Shown in pieces: positions 44,121 to 54,804 of a stretch of 64,000 bases of DNA; position 1 is the first letter of the stretch; every line of letters begins with the position of its first letter. Source of the DNA: a virus (taxonomy: Duplodnaviria; Heunggongvirae; Uroviricota; Caudoviricetes). The DNA is taken from IMG/VR virus record IMGVR_UViG_3300027770_000046; one strand, written 5' to 3'. The position numbers were made by a program, and so were the translations under genes. The notes beneath the pieces are model-generated. The model was not told where the DNA came from and ran no database searches. It saw only the letters and a program-made list of their open reading frames with translations.

Positions 44121-45077
44121 ATGGCATACTATTACAGATACAACTTTATCTCTCCTGAGCCAATCTATTCAATTGTTAAAGAAGAGTTAAAATCCTACTT
44201 TGATACAGGAGCAGTTGATGATTTAATGTTCCCCACTTATTTAGACAAGTGTCTACAAAAGATGGGTAGATCAAGTTATGTTATTGCTGAACAGACATTA
44301 GATATTTCTGGATATGAAGCTAGACTTCCTGACAACTTCTTTGCTGTTAGAGAAGCCTGGATGTGTACAGAGATTCCTCAGCTTCCCTATCAGACAGCTA
44401 ACTCATTCTATTCTCAGGCAGCTAGCCAAACAACTATACAAGTTTCTCCTGTTATTAGTGGTGGAGTACCATGTACAAATCCACAATGTACAACAGGATG
44501 TCCTACGTGTATGCCTGACATCATCCAAGCTGTATATAAAACCAATCAACAGATAGCTAGAGGTATAAGAAAAGAGTATTTATTAAAACCAGGCAATATA
44601 TCTTGCCAAGGTAAATGTGATGTAAGTTATACAGATGCTTGGCAGTTTTATACAAATGCACCCCCTGTGCACGAGTTCACTCCAGGAAGTGCTGGTTATG
44701 ATAGCTTTGATATTAGAGATAATAAGTTTGTCACAAACTTCAGCTGTGGTATTGTTCATATGATTTTCTATGCTACAGACTATGATTGTGTAGGGAATCA
44801 ATTGATTCCTGATAACTATCGTATAAGAGAATATGTAGAAGCCTTTATTAAATATAAAGTTTTTGAAACCTTATCTAACCAAATCAATGATGAGACATTC
44901 AACCAAATACAAGCTAAGTTAGTTTACTATAAGCAACTTTCAGAAGAAGCCTTTATTATGGCTTACACTGAGATTAAGAAACAAGATGTATGGACTAAGC
45001 AAAGAAGAGTAAGAAATGATTTACAACGCTTTGCACAATATGAATTACCAAACAGAAGCTCAAGATATGGCAGATAA
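44121..45077 (+). CDS. hypothetical protein (318 aa)
   Basis: ORF in the late operon. Cys cluster CTNPQCTTGCPTC. Confidence 0.5.
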   Translation: MAYYYRYNFISPEPIYSIVKEELKSYFDTGAVDDLMFPTYLDKCLQKMGRSSYVIAEQTLDISGYEARLPDNFFAVREAWMCTEIPQLPYQTANSFYSQAASQTTIQVSPVISGGVPCTNPQCTTGCPTCMPDIIQAVYKTNQQIARGIRKEYLLKPGNISCQGKCDVSYTDAWQFYTNAPPVHEFTPGSAGYDSFDIRDNKFVTNFSCGIVHMIFYATDYDCVGNQLIPDNYRIREYVEAFIKYKVFETLSNQINDETFNQIQAKLVYYKQLSEEAFIMAYTEIKKQDVWTKQRRVRNDLQRFAQYELPNRSSRYGR

Positions 45078-48000
45078 CCAAGAAGGACAATCTAACATAA
45101 GACAAGAGTATAATCTTGGCAGAGTTGGACTAGATATGGATTCTTCTGTAAACCAAATACAGAAGGGTAAACTTTCTTATGCCCTAAATGGAGCATTAGA
45201 AAACTTTGATGCTAATTCTGTAAGTTATCAAAATGAGCCAAGTAATGAAATTTGTTTAGAGTTTCCTGCAGGATATCATTTAATTGGAACTCATTTCATT
45301 CAAGAGAAAAACAAACACATATTCTTCTTAGCTAATCCTGAAACAGGAGGAAGTGAAATTGGATATATGGATAATAATGATTGTGTATATCATACACTAT
45401 GTACAGAATACCCTGATTTAGAAATCACTGTATGTGCTAACTCTGTATGCTTAAACTTTGATATAAACTATCCAATTCATAAGTCTGTACATAAGATTAC
45501 AAACTGTACCACTGAGGTATATTGGACTGATGGATTGAATCCAAGAAGATATATAAACATTGAACAAGTTCCCTATATTTCAACTTATGTGGGTGATTCA
45601 AGTTGTGATCCAATTGTCACTCCTGTACTTGACTGTAATAAGTTAAAAGTACAACCTAACTTCTCTATTCCTAGCATAGATATTACTGGTACAGCTGTAG
45701 GTGGAGATTTACAAGCAGGTACATATCAGTTTGCTGTTCAATATTGTAATGCTTCAGGAGATGGATATACATCCTATTATTCTGTAACTAATCCCACATC
45801 TATTGCAAATACAGAGATAACTACTCCTGATTTTCAATACTCTGTAGGAAAGTCTATATTGTTAAGTATTGGTAATGTAGATATTACAGGATACTTCCAA
45901 TATTTTAATTTAGCTGTTATTAAGACTATTAATAATGGTACCAGTGTAGAACTTGTAGGAACTTTTAAGATCCAAGACAAAGTAACAACAACCACCTATT
46001 CAGGTCAAAACCAAACACAAATACCTTTAAGCTTAGGTGATATATTAGAGAAGTTCCCTTATTATGATATTGCACAAGATGTTACAAGTGTACAAGACTA
46101 TATAGTTTGGGACAATCTTACTTCTATTGATAGAATTAACTATCAATCAATTGCTAGTAGAATAACATTAGAATGGGAAACTTATAAGTTACCAGCAGGT
46201 AATAGCTATGCAGATCCTTTCTATACAGCTAATTTAAGAGGATATCTAAGAGATGAGGTATATGCATTCGAGATAGTCTTTTTACTAGATAATGGTAAAC
46301 AAACAGATGGCTTTCATATTCCTGGTAGAGTTAAAAATGCTCAGGAGTTATCTCAGCCAGATGTAACTACAGCTAATGCAGATTACATAGGAGATGGAGC
46401 TCCTCAACCTTATTGGAAAATATATAACACTGCCACTGTATCCACTACATATCCTGTTTCTAGCACTCAAAATATAGGACAAGCATATCCATATCAATCT
46501 GGAGAATTTGCCTATTGGGAAGCTCAAGATGAAGAATATCCTTGTAATGTAGATGTGTGGGGAGACCTTGCTGGTGAGAAAATTAGACATCACAAATTTC
46601 CTGATGTATTAGTTTCTCCTTACTTTGAGACTCCTCCTATTACATATGTAGGTGGTCAGATAGAACCAGTGATGCAAACTTCTAATGCCATCTATCCAAT
46701 AGGTGTAAAAATAGATGTACAACAAGTAGCGTTCTTAATTCAAACATCTACTTTAACAACTGAAGAAAAAGCTTCAATTGTTGGATTTAAAATAGTAAGA
46801 GGTAATAGAAGTGCAAACAAATCTATTATTGCTAAAGGTATATTGAGGAATGTAGGCAAGTATACTAGACAAGGTACAGACTATTACTATCCTAATTATC
46901 CATATAATGATCTTGATAAAGATCCATTCTTACTTGAGAAGAGCAATTCTTACATGTCTCAATGTGATACTTTCCAAGTAACAGCTACAGCTAATGGTGC
47001 ATTACAATATACAGATTGTTATACAGGCACTGTATCAAGTAAAGATTTTACTACAGCTACCACTGAAATATGTTCTCTTACACTTCCTGTTGTAAATACA
47101 GGAGCAGCTACATTTAAAAATATTACATCTAGTACTTATATAATCTCTTCAAACTATAAATGTGTAGTTACTCCAAGACCTGAATTTACTTATGTAGATC
47201 CTATAACTTTAGCAAATCAAACTATCACTGTACCATTTAATACATCAGTGACAATTAATTCAATAGGTCCTCCTACATTTGTAACAGGATGTAATCGTTA
47301 CACTATAGTGGAAAGTAGTAAAGTAAATATTAATTGTTTTCCAAATAACTTAGATGGATTTAGTAGTATTGAATCTAAATACAGACAGGTATTTAATTCA
47401 CCAGAAACTTCTTTTGGACAACCTACATTAGGTAATGTTCTTAAATTAGAAAGTGTATTGTTTGGTGGTGGAAGAGCTCATTTTGTTGAGGTAATGAAGC
47501 ATTCTATGTACAAGCTTCTCACCAGACAAACTCAAATAGATGCCTTAAACTCTAGCAAGAAGATAGCTGACCTAGGAGGATTTAGTGCTACAGCAATGTT
47601 TACAGCCTATCAATCTTATCTACAAATCTACCTAAATGGTATTAGTAGAAAGAACTTTGCACAATCATTTAACTCCATCTCTAGCTATGACTATAATGCA
47701 GATATACAGAATGCTGCTGCTAATCCTCTAACTGGTAATATAGGTATTAAACAAAGACAACTTGATAAGTGTCAGTATGTATTCCCAGGTGTACAGAACG
47801 TAGGTGATAATCATGATCTTAATAACTGGAATAGAGAGTCTTCAATATATACTAAAACTATTGAAACTAGAACTGGGGTAGTAAATCCTATTGATCCTTT
47901 ACCTTTTCCAAATCAAACTCCTTCTTTATATATAGCAGGTGTAAGTCAGATATCTGATGATTCAAGATTTACTATTTCTCAAGCAAATAACTGTAGTGCT

Positions 48001-51000
48001 CCTGAGCAGCAAGAAGATATAAAAGTTGTATCTTATTATGCTTCAATAAAGACTATTAATAATAATCAATATGGACAAATATATTCTTATCAAACTATTG
48101 ATACAGGATTCCAAAGAATATTTAGTTCTCTTCCATTAGGTGATACTGAAGTTGTATTTGGTGGTGATACATATATTGGTAAGTTTGGATTCAAAACTAA
48201 ACTTCCTTTCTTTATTGATAATAGAGTGGGAGCTCCAGATGATAGTGATATTTACTATGATGAGTTAGGTAATGTAGCCTATCCACAATATTGGTATTCT
48301 GCTAGATCTATATTAGCTGATTACTATGTAGGAGCTACTTTGATGAAGAATATCATTTCTACCAAAGCTCACTATTTAGACTGTCCTAATGATAATATAG
48401 TGGATAATATTAGTACAACTACCACTACCTCTTCTACAACTCCTGCTCCAGGTACTGTATTAACTGGTTCACAAAACTACATATATGATGGTAAGATGTA
48501 CACTTTTGCATATGGTATTCCTTATTTCTATGTAGAGAGTTCTATTAATGTAGACTTACGTCAAGCATTTAATAACCTAGAGGGTGACTTCTATCCACAC
48601 GTGAGCTCAGGTATTCCTGATACTTGGTTCCAAGAAAGCAGAGTTCCTATTGTACTTGATAATACATATTATTACAATACCACTTTCTCTAAACAAAACA
48701 CAGAGAACTATTTCTCTCATTTACCTTCAGACTGGATAAAGCAACTTTGCTTTACATACTTCCCATTCAGAGCTATATACTCTGATCCACAAGAAAGTTA
48801 TTCTGATAATAGAATTAATAGTTGGTTGATATATCGTCCAATAAGTTTCTTTGACTTCCCTCAAAACTATGGCAAGTTAGTATCATTAGATGGTATACAG
48901 AATAAGGCTACCCTAGCTAGATTTGAAAACAAATCATTGCTTTATGGTAACTTATTGACAATGAACACAAGTAATCCTCAGTCAGCTTTCTTAGGTAACC
49001 CTACATTATTTACATCAGCTCCTGCAATTGATTATGCTGAAACTGACCTAGGTTATGTAGGTTCTCAAAACAAGTTTTTACTTAAACTACCTGATGGACA
49101 AATAACAATAGATGCTAAGAGAGGTCAAATATTTATGATAGCTAATGCTACCAAAGCAATAGATATCTCAGGGTTTGGTAGTGGTCTAAACAGGTTCTTT
49201 ACAGACCATTTAGCATTTGAAATATTAAGACACTTCCCTACAGCAAATATAGATAACCACTTTAATGGTCTTGGTTTACATGGTGTATATGATAGTAAGT
49301 TTGAGAGAATAATTATAACTAAGTTAGATTATATCCCTCAACCTAATAAGCAAATATACTATAATGAAGCTTTACAGAAGTTTTATATAAATCAACCAGT
49401 GGCTGGTAATACATCAGTTATAAGATATGTAAACCTAACAGATGTAGAATATTTCTGCAATAAGTCATGGACTGCATCATTTAACTTGAATACCAAAGCT
49501 TGGGTAAGTTTCCACACATACATACCTAATTTCTACATAGGAGAAAATGGTTTCTACTATTCTGGATTAAATGAAGGATGTGAAGTGGCAGCAATAGCTG
49601 TTACAGAGATACCTTCTCCAACCACTACAACTACTACTACAGCAGTTCCATTGGAGTGTGCTTTAAATGGTGAAGCTATATATGCTGATACTGATGCATA
49701 TTGGGAAAATGTAGGAGTTCCATATTGTGGTGAAGGAAGTTGTGTAACATATCAAGAACAAATTGATATCAATCCAAGTTCTCCAACATTTAATGATACT
49801 AGAAATATAGAAGTTACACCTAATATATGTAACACTGCAGCTAACTATGTAGTATATGGTGCTGCATATTGTGTTGAGTGTAATGCTTATCAAAACTATA
49901 TAGATAACAATCCTTGTTCTCCAACAGTTGGAAACATTGAAACTAATCTTTTAGGAACTGGAGCACCATGTGATTATGAACCTGCATGGGTGAATACAGG
50001 AGATCCTTACTGTGAAGTGACTGATCCTGCTACACGTACATGTACAAGTTTCCAATTGCAAACAAATACTAACCCTTGTTATACAAATGTAGAACAAACA
50101 AGAATCATTGTTTCTCCTGTAGATGTATGTGATACATCTCCTATCTGGGTACAATTAGATGAGGCTCAAAACTATGTTTGTGTGTACAATGCAGTAACTG
50201 GTTTATATGATGAGTATTATAAAGAGGAAGATCAAAATCCTTGCTCTAATAGTTATACACAAACAAGAACTGGTGGACTAGTTCCAGGTGGTGAAGGTAA
50301 TGCTAAATGTAATGCTTTCCCTGACATATGGTTTAGACTAGAAGAGTGTTATACAGGTGATCTATTCTGGTCATCAGCATTTACTAATGGAGGACCTAGT
50401 AATCCAGTAATTGGTCAATTAGTATTTGGATTTGTTCCACCTAATTTTAATGATCCTACTAATCCTATTCCTGGACGTAATACACAATTTATTATAATCA
50501 ATAGCATATTAACTGATCCAAGTGCTTCTCCTTCAATAGGTATTGCATCTGCAGGTGGTACAACATGTTTAACTACAACAACTACAACAACAACTAGATA
50601 TGCGTATGCTGTATCTAGATCTACGACATCTCCTGTTACAGATTTATGTAATACTAATTTCCCTGGAAGCAGTGTAATACCATCTAGTATATTTACAGAT
50701 ATGGAAATAGTACCATTCTTTACTCAGACAGTTTACAGATATGCAACTCCTGGAGATAGTACATTATTTAATGGTGGTGGATATAAGTGGTTTATTGTGT
50801 CAGAGTCAGATTACAAGTATCATTATTCATTTAATATTTCTAGTTTAGGTGTAATGAGTAACTGGGCAGGTTGTACTGGTTCAGCATATACTTCATATGA
50901 TTTAAATCTAGTGGGTCAAGCTGATGCAGCTCTTGCATGTGCTTACCCAGTGATTCAAACAGTTTATGCTAGTGCTGCACAACCAACTGGTAATTTAGTA

Positions 51001-51147
51001 ACTAGGTTATTTGTAGATCAATTATGTAATATAAGATTTGAAGGTCAAGATGGATTTTACTATGCTTGGGTTCCTACAGGTGGAGGTACTAAATACAGTG
51101 GAAATATTGATAACGCAGGAGTTCCAACTAATGTAAATCCATGTTAA
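45067..51147 (+). CDS. giant tail protein (about 2026 aa) with poly-Thr linkers and four Cys-rich tandem modules
   Basis: ORF 45016-51147. Likely start MADNQ (ATGGCAGAT) at 45067, overlapping the previous gene by 11 nt. Thr linkers STTTTSSTTPAP, PSPTTTTTTTAVP and TTTTTTTRY. Four repeats of about 45-50 aa of the type ...Y-C-x(2-6)-C-x(2-3)-Y-x(4-6)-(D/N/Q)-N-P-C-S... between about 49650 and 50300. No RNAP-type DxDGD motif seen. Confidence 0.6.
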   Translation: MADNQEGQSNIRQEYNLGRVGLDMDSSVNQIQKGKLSYALNGALENFDANSVSYQNEPSNEICLEFPAGYHLIGTHFIQEKNKHIFFLANPETGGSEIGYMDNNDCVYHTLCTEYPDLEITVCANSVCLNFDINYPIHKSVHKITNCTTEVYWTDGLNPRRYINIEQVPYISTYVGDSSCDPIVTPVLDCNKLKVQPNFSIPSIDITGTAVGGDLQAGTYQFAVQYCNASGDGYTSYYSVTNPTSIANTEITTPDFQYSVGKSILLSIGNVDITGYFQYFNLAVIKTINNGTSVELVGTFKIQDKVTTTTYSGQNQTQIPLSLGDILEKFPYYDIAQDVTSVQDYIVWDNLTSIDRINYQSIASRITLEWETYKLPAGNSYADPFYTANLRGYLRDEVYAFEIVFLLDNGKQTDGFHIPGRVKNAQELSQPDVTTANADYIGDGAPQPYWKIYNTATVSTTYPVSSTQNIGQAYPYQSGEFAYWEAQDEEYPCNVDVWGDLAGEKIRHHKFPDVLVSPYFETPPITYVGGQIEPVMQTSNAIYPIGVKIDVQQVAFLIQTSTLTTEEKASIVGFKIVRGNRSANKSIIAKGILRNVGKYTRQGTDYYYPNYPYNDLDKDPFLLEKSNSYMSQCDTFQVTATANGALQYTDCYTGTVSSKDFTTATTEICSLTLPVVNTGAATFKNITSSTYIISSNYKCVVTPRPEFTYVDPITLANQTITVPFNTSVTINSIGPPTFVTGCNRYTIVESSKVNINCFPNNLDGFSSIESKYRQVFNSPETSFGQPTLGNVLKLESVLFGGGRAHFVEVMKHSMYKLLTRQTQIDALNSSKKIADLGGFSATAMFTAYQSYLQIYLNGISRKNFAQSFNSISSYDYNADIQNAAANPLTGNIGIKQRQLDKCQYVFPGVQNVGDNHDLNNWNRESSIYTKTIETRTGVVNPIDPLPFPNQTPSLYIAGVSQISDDSRFTISQANNCSAPEQQEDIKVVSYYASIKTINNNQYGQIYSYQTIDTGFQRIFSSLPLGDTEVVFGGDTYIGKFGFKTKLPFFIDNRVGAPDDSDIYYDELGNVAYPQYWYSARSILADYYVGATLMKNIISTKAHYLDCPNDNIVDNISTTTTTSSTTPAPGTVLTGSQNYIYDGKMYTFAYGIPYFYVESSINVDLRQAFNNLEGDFYPHVSSGIPDTWFQESRVPIVLDNTYYYNTTFSKQNTENYFSHLPSDWIKQLCFTYFPFRAIYSDPQESYSDNRINSWLIYRPISFFDFPQNYGKLVSLDGIQNKATLARFENKSLLYGNLLTMNTSNPQSAFLGNPTLFTSAPAIDYAETDLGYVGSQNKFLLKLPDGQITIDAKRGQIFMIANATKAIDISGFGSGLNRFFTDHLAFEILRHFPTANIDNHFNGLGLHGVYDSKFERIIITKLDYIPQPNKQIYYNEALQKFYINQPVAGNTSVIRYVNLTDVEYFCNKSWTASFNLNTKAWVSFHTYIPNFYIGENGFYYSGLNEGCEVAAIAVTEIPSPTTTTTTTAVPLECALNGEAIYADTDAYWENVGVPYCGEGSCVTYQEQIDINPSSPTFNDTRNIEVTPNICNTAANYVVYGAAYCVECNAYQNYIDNNPCSPTVGNIETNLLGTGAPCDYEPAWVNTGDPYCEVTDPATRTCTSFQLQTNTNPCYTNVEQTRIIVSPVDVCDTSPIWVQLDEAQNYVCVYNAVTGLYDEYYKEEDQNPCSNSYTQTRTGGLVPGGEGNAKCNAFPDIWFRLEECYTGDLFWSSAFTNGGPSNPVIGQLVFGFVPPNFNDPTNPIPGRNTQFIIINSILTDPSASPSIGIASAGGTTCLTTTTTTTTRYAYAVSRSTTSPVTDLCNTNFPGSSVIPSSIFTDMEIVPFFTQTVYRYATPGDSTLFNGGGYKWFIVSESDYKYHYSFNISSLGVMSNWAGCTGSAYTSYDLNLVGQADAALACAYPVIQTVYASAAQPTGNLVTRLFVDQLCNIRFEGQDGFYYAWVPTGGGTKYSGNIDNAGVPTNVNPC

Positions 51148-51160
51148 ATAAATAAGAAAG

Positions 51161-52027
51161 ATGGCTAAAACAGTAATAATAAGATTAACATGTTCAGGTG
51201 GCAGAACTGGACCCTTTGATATCTCTGATAACTTAGGGACTGTCTTGGGCACTGATATAACCAAACAAAATCTTATTGATGGGTATACTGTTAGTGTGGA
51301 TAATTCTGTCACTACAATTACTATAACATCTACAGGTAAATGCCATACAGTTTTACAAGTTACTATTGGCACTGCCACTATAGAACAGCTTGCTGCATTA
51401 CCCTACACAGAATGTAATACAGGTTCTTTATGGAGACACTTAACTGATGTAGTTAACTACAATAAATACTATGGTAACGTAGAACCTTACATTATAGAGT
51501 ATCCATTTGCTTATCAAAGCTATGATGAAATACTTCAGAATATAAAAGACTACAGTAAGGTGTTTAATTATCTACCTATCCCAGATGGTGTGTTTAATGA
51601 TAATGCTCAGATAAGTGTTGATAATCAATGGTTTAACAAAGCTGTTCTTTACAATAGTCAACAGTCTACTGGTATACTAGAATTAGTACCAAAGCCAATG
51701 CATAACCTACAACAATACTTAACCTACCCAATCTATAATACTGAAAGTAAAACTATCACTTATACTAAGTCAGATAATTTCTATCAATATAATACTTTCT
51801 GGGGATTAATTAAAAGTAAATCTGTACCTTTGTTTACAACAAGTTGTGAATCTTTATCAATAGATAAGGTTGTAAACCAAGCAAATATGGATTATGGAAA
51901 AAGATCATTTAAGAAAGAACCACTAAGAGCTAAGGATCTTAAGGTGAGACACATCTTAGATGATAGCTCTACAGCTCACATTGTTTCTCAATTCATTGTT
52001 GCACCATCTCAAATCTCTTACAAGTAA
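51161..52027 (+). CDS. hypothetical structural protein (288 aa)
   Basis: ORF in the late operon, followed by an ATGA-type junction (AGTAATGG) to the next gene. Confidence 0.5.
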   Translation: MAKTVIIRLTCSGGRTGPFDISDNLGTVLGTDITKQNLIDGYTVSVDNSVTTITITSTGKCHTVLQVTIGTATIEQLAALPYTECNTGSLWRHLTDVVNYNKYYGNVEPYIIEYPFAYQSYDEILQNIKDYSKVFNYLPIPDGVFNDNAQISVDNQWFNKAVLYNSQQSTGILELVPKPMHNLQQYLTYPIYNTESKTITYTKSDNFYQYNTFWGLIKSKSVPLFTTSCESLSIDKVVNQANMDYGKRSFKKEPLRAKDLKVRHILDDSSTAHIVSQFIVAPSQISYK

Positions 52028-54786
52028 TGGCAAATTGGTTAGACAAATATGAACAAGGTGGCTTGGTCTTAAAGAAAAAGACTAAGGATAACTATGGCAA
52101 ACAAAGTAACTACAATGATGCAAAAGCATCTGTAGGTCCTGACTTTGTAGGACTTGGATATAATACCAAGGGTAGAGACTATTCTCCTGCATGGGGGGGA
52201 CGATTTGCTATGGGTGGTGCATTACCAGGTGCTGTAGGATTCATGTACGCACGTACACAAGACCCTGCTCCTAGTAATGGCAAGTATGCTAAGAAGACAA
52301 AAGCAAGTGCTCAGAATGGCTCTGTAATCAAAGATGACATGGGTCAATGGGCTCACCCAGGTGAGGTGACAGAGATAGGTTCTAATGACATCACTATGCA
52401 GGGAGTTGACTATCCTGTTCTTGGTGTATCTGATACAGGTGATACAAAGATGATGCAGCCTGATCAAGATTATAAATTTGATGGTAAGAAGGTTACAGAA
52501 TATCCAATGATGCAAGAAGGTGGTTGGTTAGATAAGTATCCTGAACCAATGCGTCAAGATGCTACAAGAGTAGCTCCTCCTGTATTAAAACTTACAGAGA
52601 GAGAGAAACTAGAGAATGCTGCAAAATATGACCAAGGTCAAAAGAAAGCATTGGTTAATGCTAAAGAAGAACTAGCAGAAAGAAAAAAGAACAAAGCTAC
52701 AAAGGGAGATTTAAATACTCCTGGTAGTTGGCACTTAGAAGATAAAGGTAGATTATCTAATATTCTTCCAGCAAGTTGGGCTCCACCTGGAGGAGCTGTA
52801 GACGTATTTGATGAATATGTTAATCCAGTTACATATATAGGATTGTTAACAGATGCTCTAGGAGAATCAATTGCAGCAAGAGATCCAAAAGGTATTGCTG
52901 CATCTCTAGCACTTTCTGCTGGAGCAGGAGTATTAGGACTTGATCCTCTTGGTGGTGCTATTAAAACTGCTAAAGGTATTGGTAAACGTTTTGTTAAGCC
53001 ATATTTTACTGATGGAAAAGAAGCTTTAAAATATTTAAGTAATGTATCAGATAACCTTGGAGAAGAAGAGTTTTTAAAAACTATGGTTAAAAAGACAGGA
53101 AAAACTCCAGAGCAACTTGAAAGGGAGTTTAATGCAGCTGTTGGTAATGGTGACAATATTAGAGATCCTGAGTTTGTTATACGTCATGCAAATATGTTAA
53201 GTGGTAAAAATAATATTCCAAGTCTTCCAAAGCTTCCAAAGTCTTTAAAAGAACTAGATGAAAAAGCTGGTAAGTTAGTATCTCCATCTTCTTCTAGTGA
53301 ATTTAATACTGTAGATAGTAAGATGATAAATAGAGCTAATGAAATTTTAAAAAAGGGAGTTGGAATTAAAAATAAAGATATACCAATTGAATTAAAATCT
53401 GCAACTAATGGTGAACTTCAATTATGGGTAAATGATAATAATCCTCAATATGTAACTGGGCAATCAAAATCAGGAACAATTGAGTTAAGCCCTAATTTTA
53501 AAGAAGCTAATAAATCTTTAACTTTTACAGATTGGTTAAAAGGAGAAAAACCAAAAACTAAATATAACACTTATGATCCTGATGCAATTCCAGGTGTAAT
53601 TAAAGCAGGTGATTTTCCATACCAAAATAGACTGGATTTAGAAGGAACAGGTATTGGAGCTGAAGCTGCAGAAGCTTTAAAACAAGCTTTAAATGAAGAG
53701 GGATTACAACTATATAGTAGCAAGTCTCATACAGAGGCTGGAAAACTTAGATATTTAACTGAGTTTTTAAACAATAGAAAAAAGGTTGTAGACTATAGTG
53801 AAAATCCTGACTGGATGCTTGATGCTGAGACTTTAAGAGATCTATTAGGAGGAGCACCTATTTCTAAAAAAGAAGCTAAAGCATACATGAATCAATATCC
53901 TGTACTTAAACCTACACGAGTAAGATTTCAATATCAAGATGGTGGAAACATTAATAAAAAATTAAAGGAAGAAGCTGAAGAAAGATTAGCAAGAATGAAT
54001 AGACCTAAGGCTACCATCTCTCAATACACTCCTAAACCAGGAGAACAAGCTAAGTTTGATAAACAGAAGTTAGAAAGAATAGCTGAAGACAATGCTCCAT
54101 TAAATAGAATGGCTGCTAGCAAAGGGGCTGAGAATATGCAGGATGCTATAGAAGCAGCATTGATAATGGAAGGTGGAATGGCAGCAGGTAAGCTTGTTGG
54201 TAAAGGTGCTAAAGCTGCAGGTAAATATCTTACAGAAGAGACAGCTTTAAAGAATGCTTATAAGTTAAACCCATATGCATTCAAAGCAAATCCAGAAGCT
54301 TACTATCATAGAAGTCCTAATCTAGATAATATAGTTAATAAAGAAACAGGACTACTTCAAGGATTTGGACAAAGTCCTGCAGGTAGGGAGTTTAGTGAAC
54401 GTGCATATTCACGTGACATAGGAAATGTAGTGATGCGTTCAGATGGTACATATAGTAGGATTAATTTATTAAAACCTGCTAACAGTAATTTATACTTTTC
54501 AAAAGGGGTTCCTTTAGATGGTGGTAGATATAATTCTCCTAAATTAGGAATGACTGGTCAAGGATACCCAGGTCCATATATGGTAGAAGTAAAAGATGTT
54601 CCTATGGGATCATCAGTAAAAGGAAGAAAACCAAAAACCTATGCCCCATCAAGACCTGAAGGATATGCTGTTTCTCATAGACCAATTTCTATAGACGAAG
54701 CAAAATTTTATAAAGAAGATTGGTTAAAAGGATATAAAGAAATTCCTAAAAAAGAAGAAGGTGGATGGTTAAACAAATATAAATAA
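52027..54786 (+). CDS. large low-complexity virion protein (cargo/ejection-like, 919 aa) with terminal GGWL(D/N)KY motifs
   Basis: Gly/Lys/Ala-rich. The motif occurs as MANWLDKYEQGG at the N-terminus, MQEGGWLDKYPEP internally, and KKEEGGWLNKYK at the extreme C-terminus. Confidence 0.5.
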   Translation: MANWLDKYEQGGLVLKKKTKDNYGKQSNYNDAKASVGPDFVGLGYNTKGRDYSPAWGGRFAMGGALPGAVGFMYARTQDPAPSNGKYAKKTKASAQNGSVIKDDMGQWAHPGEVTEIGSNDITMQGVDYPVLGVSDTGDTKMMQPDQDYKFDGKKVTEYPMMQEGGWLDKYPEPMRQDATRVAPPVLKLTEREKLENAAKYDQGQKKALVNAKEELAERKKNKATKGDLNTPGSWHLEDKGRLSNILPASWAPPGGAVDVFDEYVNPVTYIGLLTDALGESIAARDPKGIAASLALSAGAGVLGLDPLGGAIKTAKGIGKRFVKPYFTDGKEALKYLSNVSDNLGEEEFLKTMVKKTGKTPEQLEREFNAAVGNGDNIRDPEFVIRHANMLSGKNNIPSLPKLPKSLKELDEKAGKLVSPSSSSEFNTVDSKMINRANEILKKGVGIKNKDIPIELKSATNGELQLWVNDNNPQYVTGQSKSGTIELSPNFKEANKSLTFTDWLKGEKPKTKYNTYDPDAIPGVIKAGDFPYQNRLDLEGTGIGAEAAEALKQALNEEGLQLYSSKSHTEAGKLRYLTEFLNNRKKVVDYSENPDWMLDAETLRDLLGGAPISKKEAKAYMNQYPVLKPTRVRFQYQDGGNINKKLKEEAEERLARMNRPKATISQYTPKPGEQAKFDKQKLERIAEDNAPLNRMAASKGAENMQDAIEAALIMEGGMAAGKLVGKGAKAAGKYLTEETALKNAYKLNPYAFKANPEAYYHRSPNLDNIVNKETGLLQGFGQSPAGREFSERAYSRDIGNVVMRSDGTYSRINLLKPANSNLYFSKGVPLDGGRYNSPKLGMTGQGYPGPYMVEVKDVPMGSSVKGRKPKTYAPSRPEGYAVSHRPISIDEAKFYKEDWLKGYKEIPKKEEGGWLNKYK

Positions 54787-54804
54787 ATCATACAATAGTA
54801 TAAT

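Noticed and set aside
37158-51147. Diversity-generating retroelement targeting a fibre gene
   Set aside because: No reverse-transcriptase motif (YxDD in an RT-sized ORF) is present anywhere in the window. I could not see a template/variable repeat pair flanking the fibre C-termini, and the spacer after 41466 is only 124 bp. A DGR elsewhere in the genome is not excluded.
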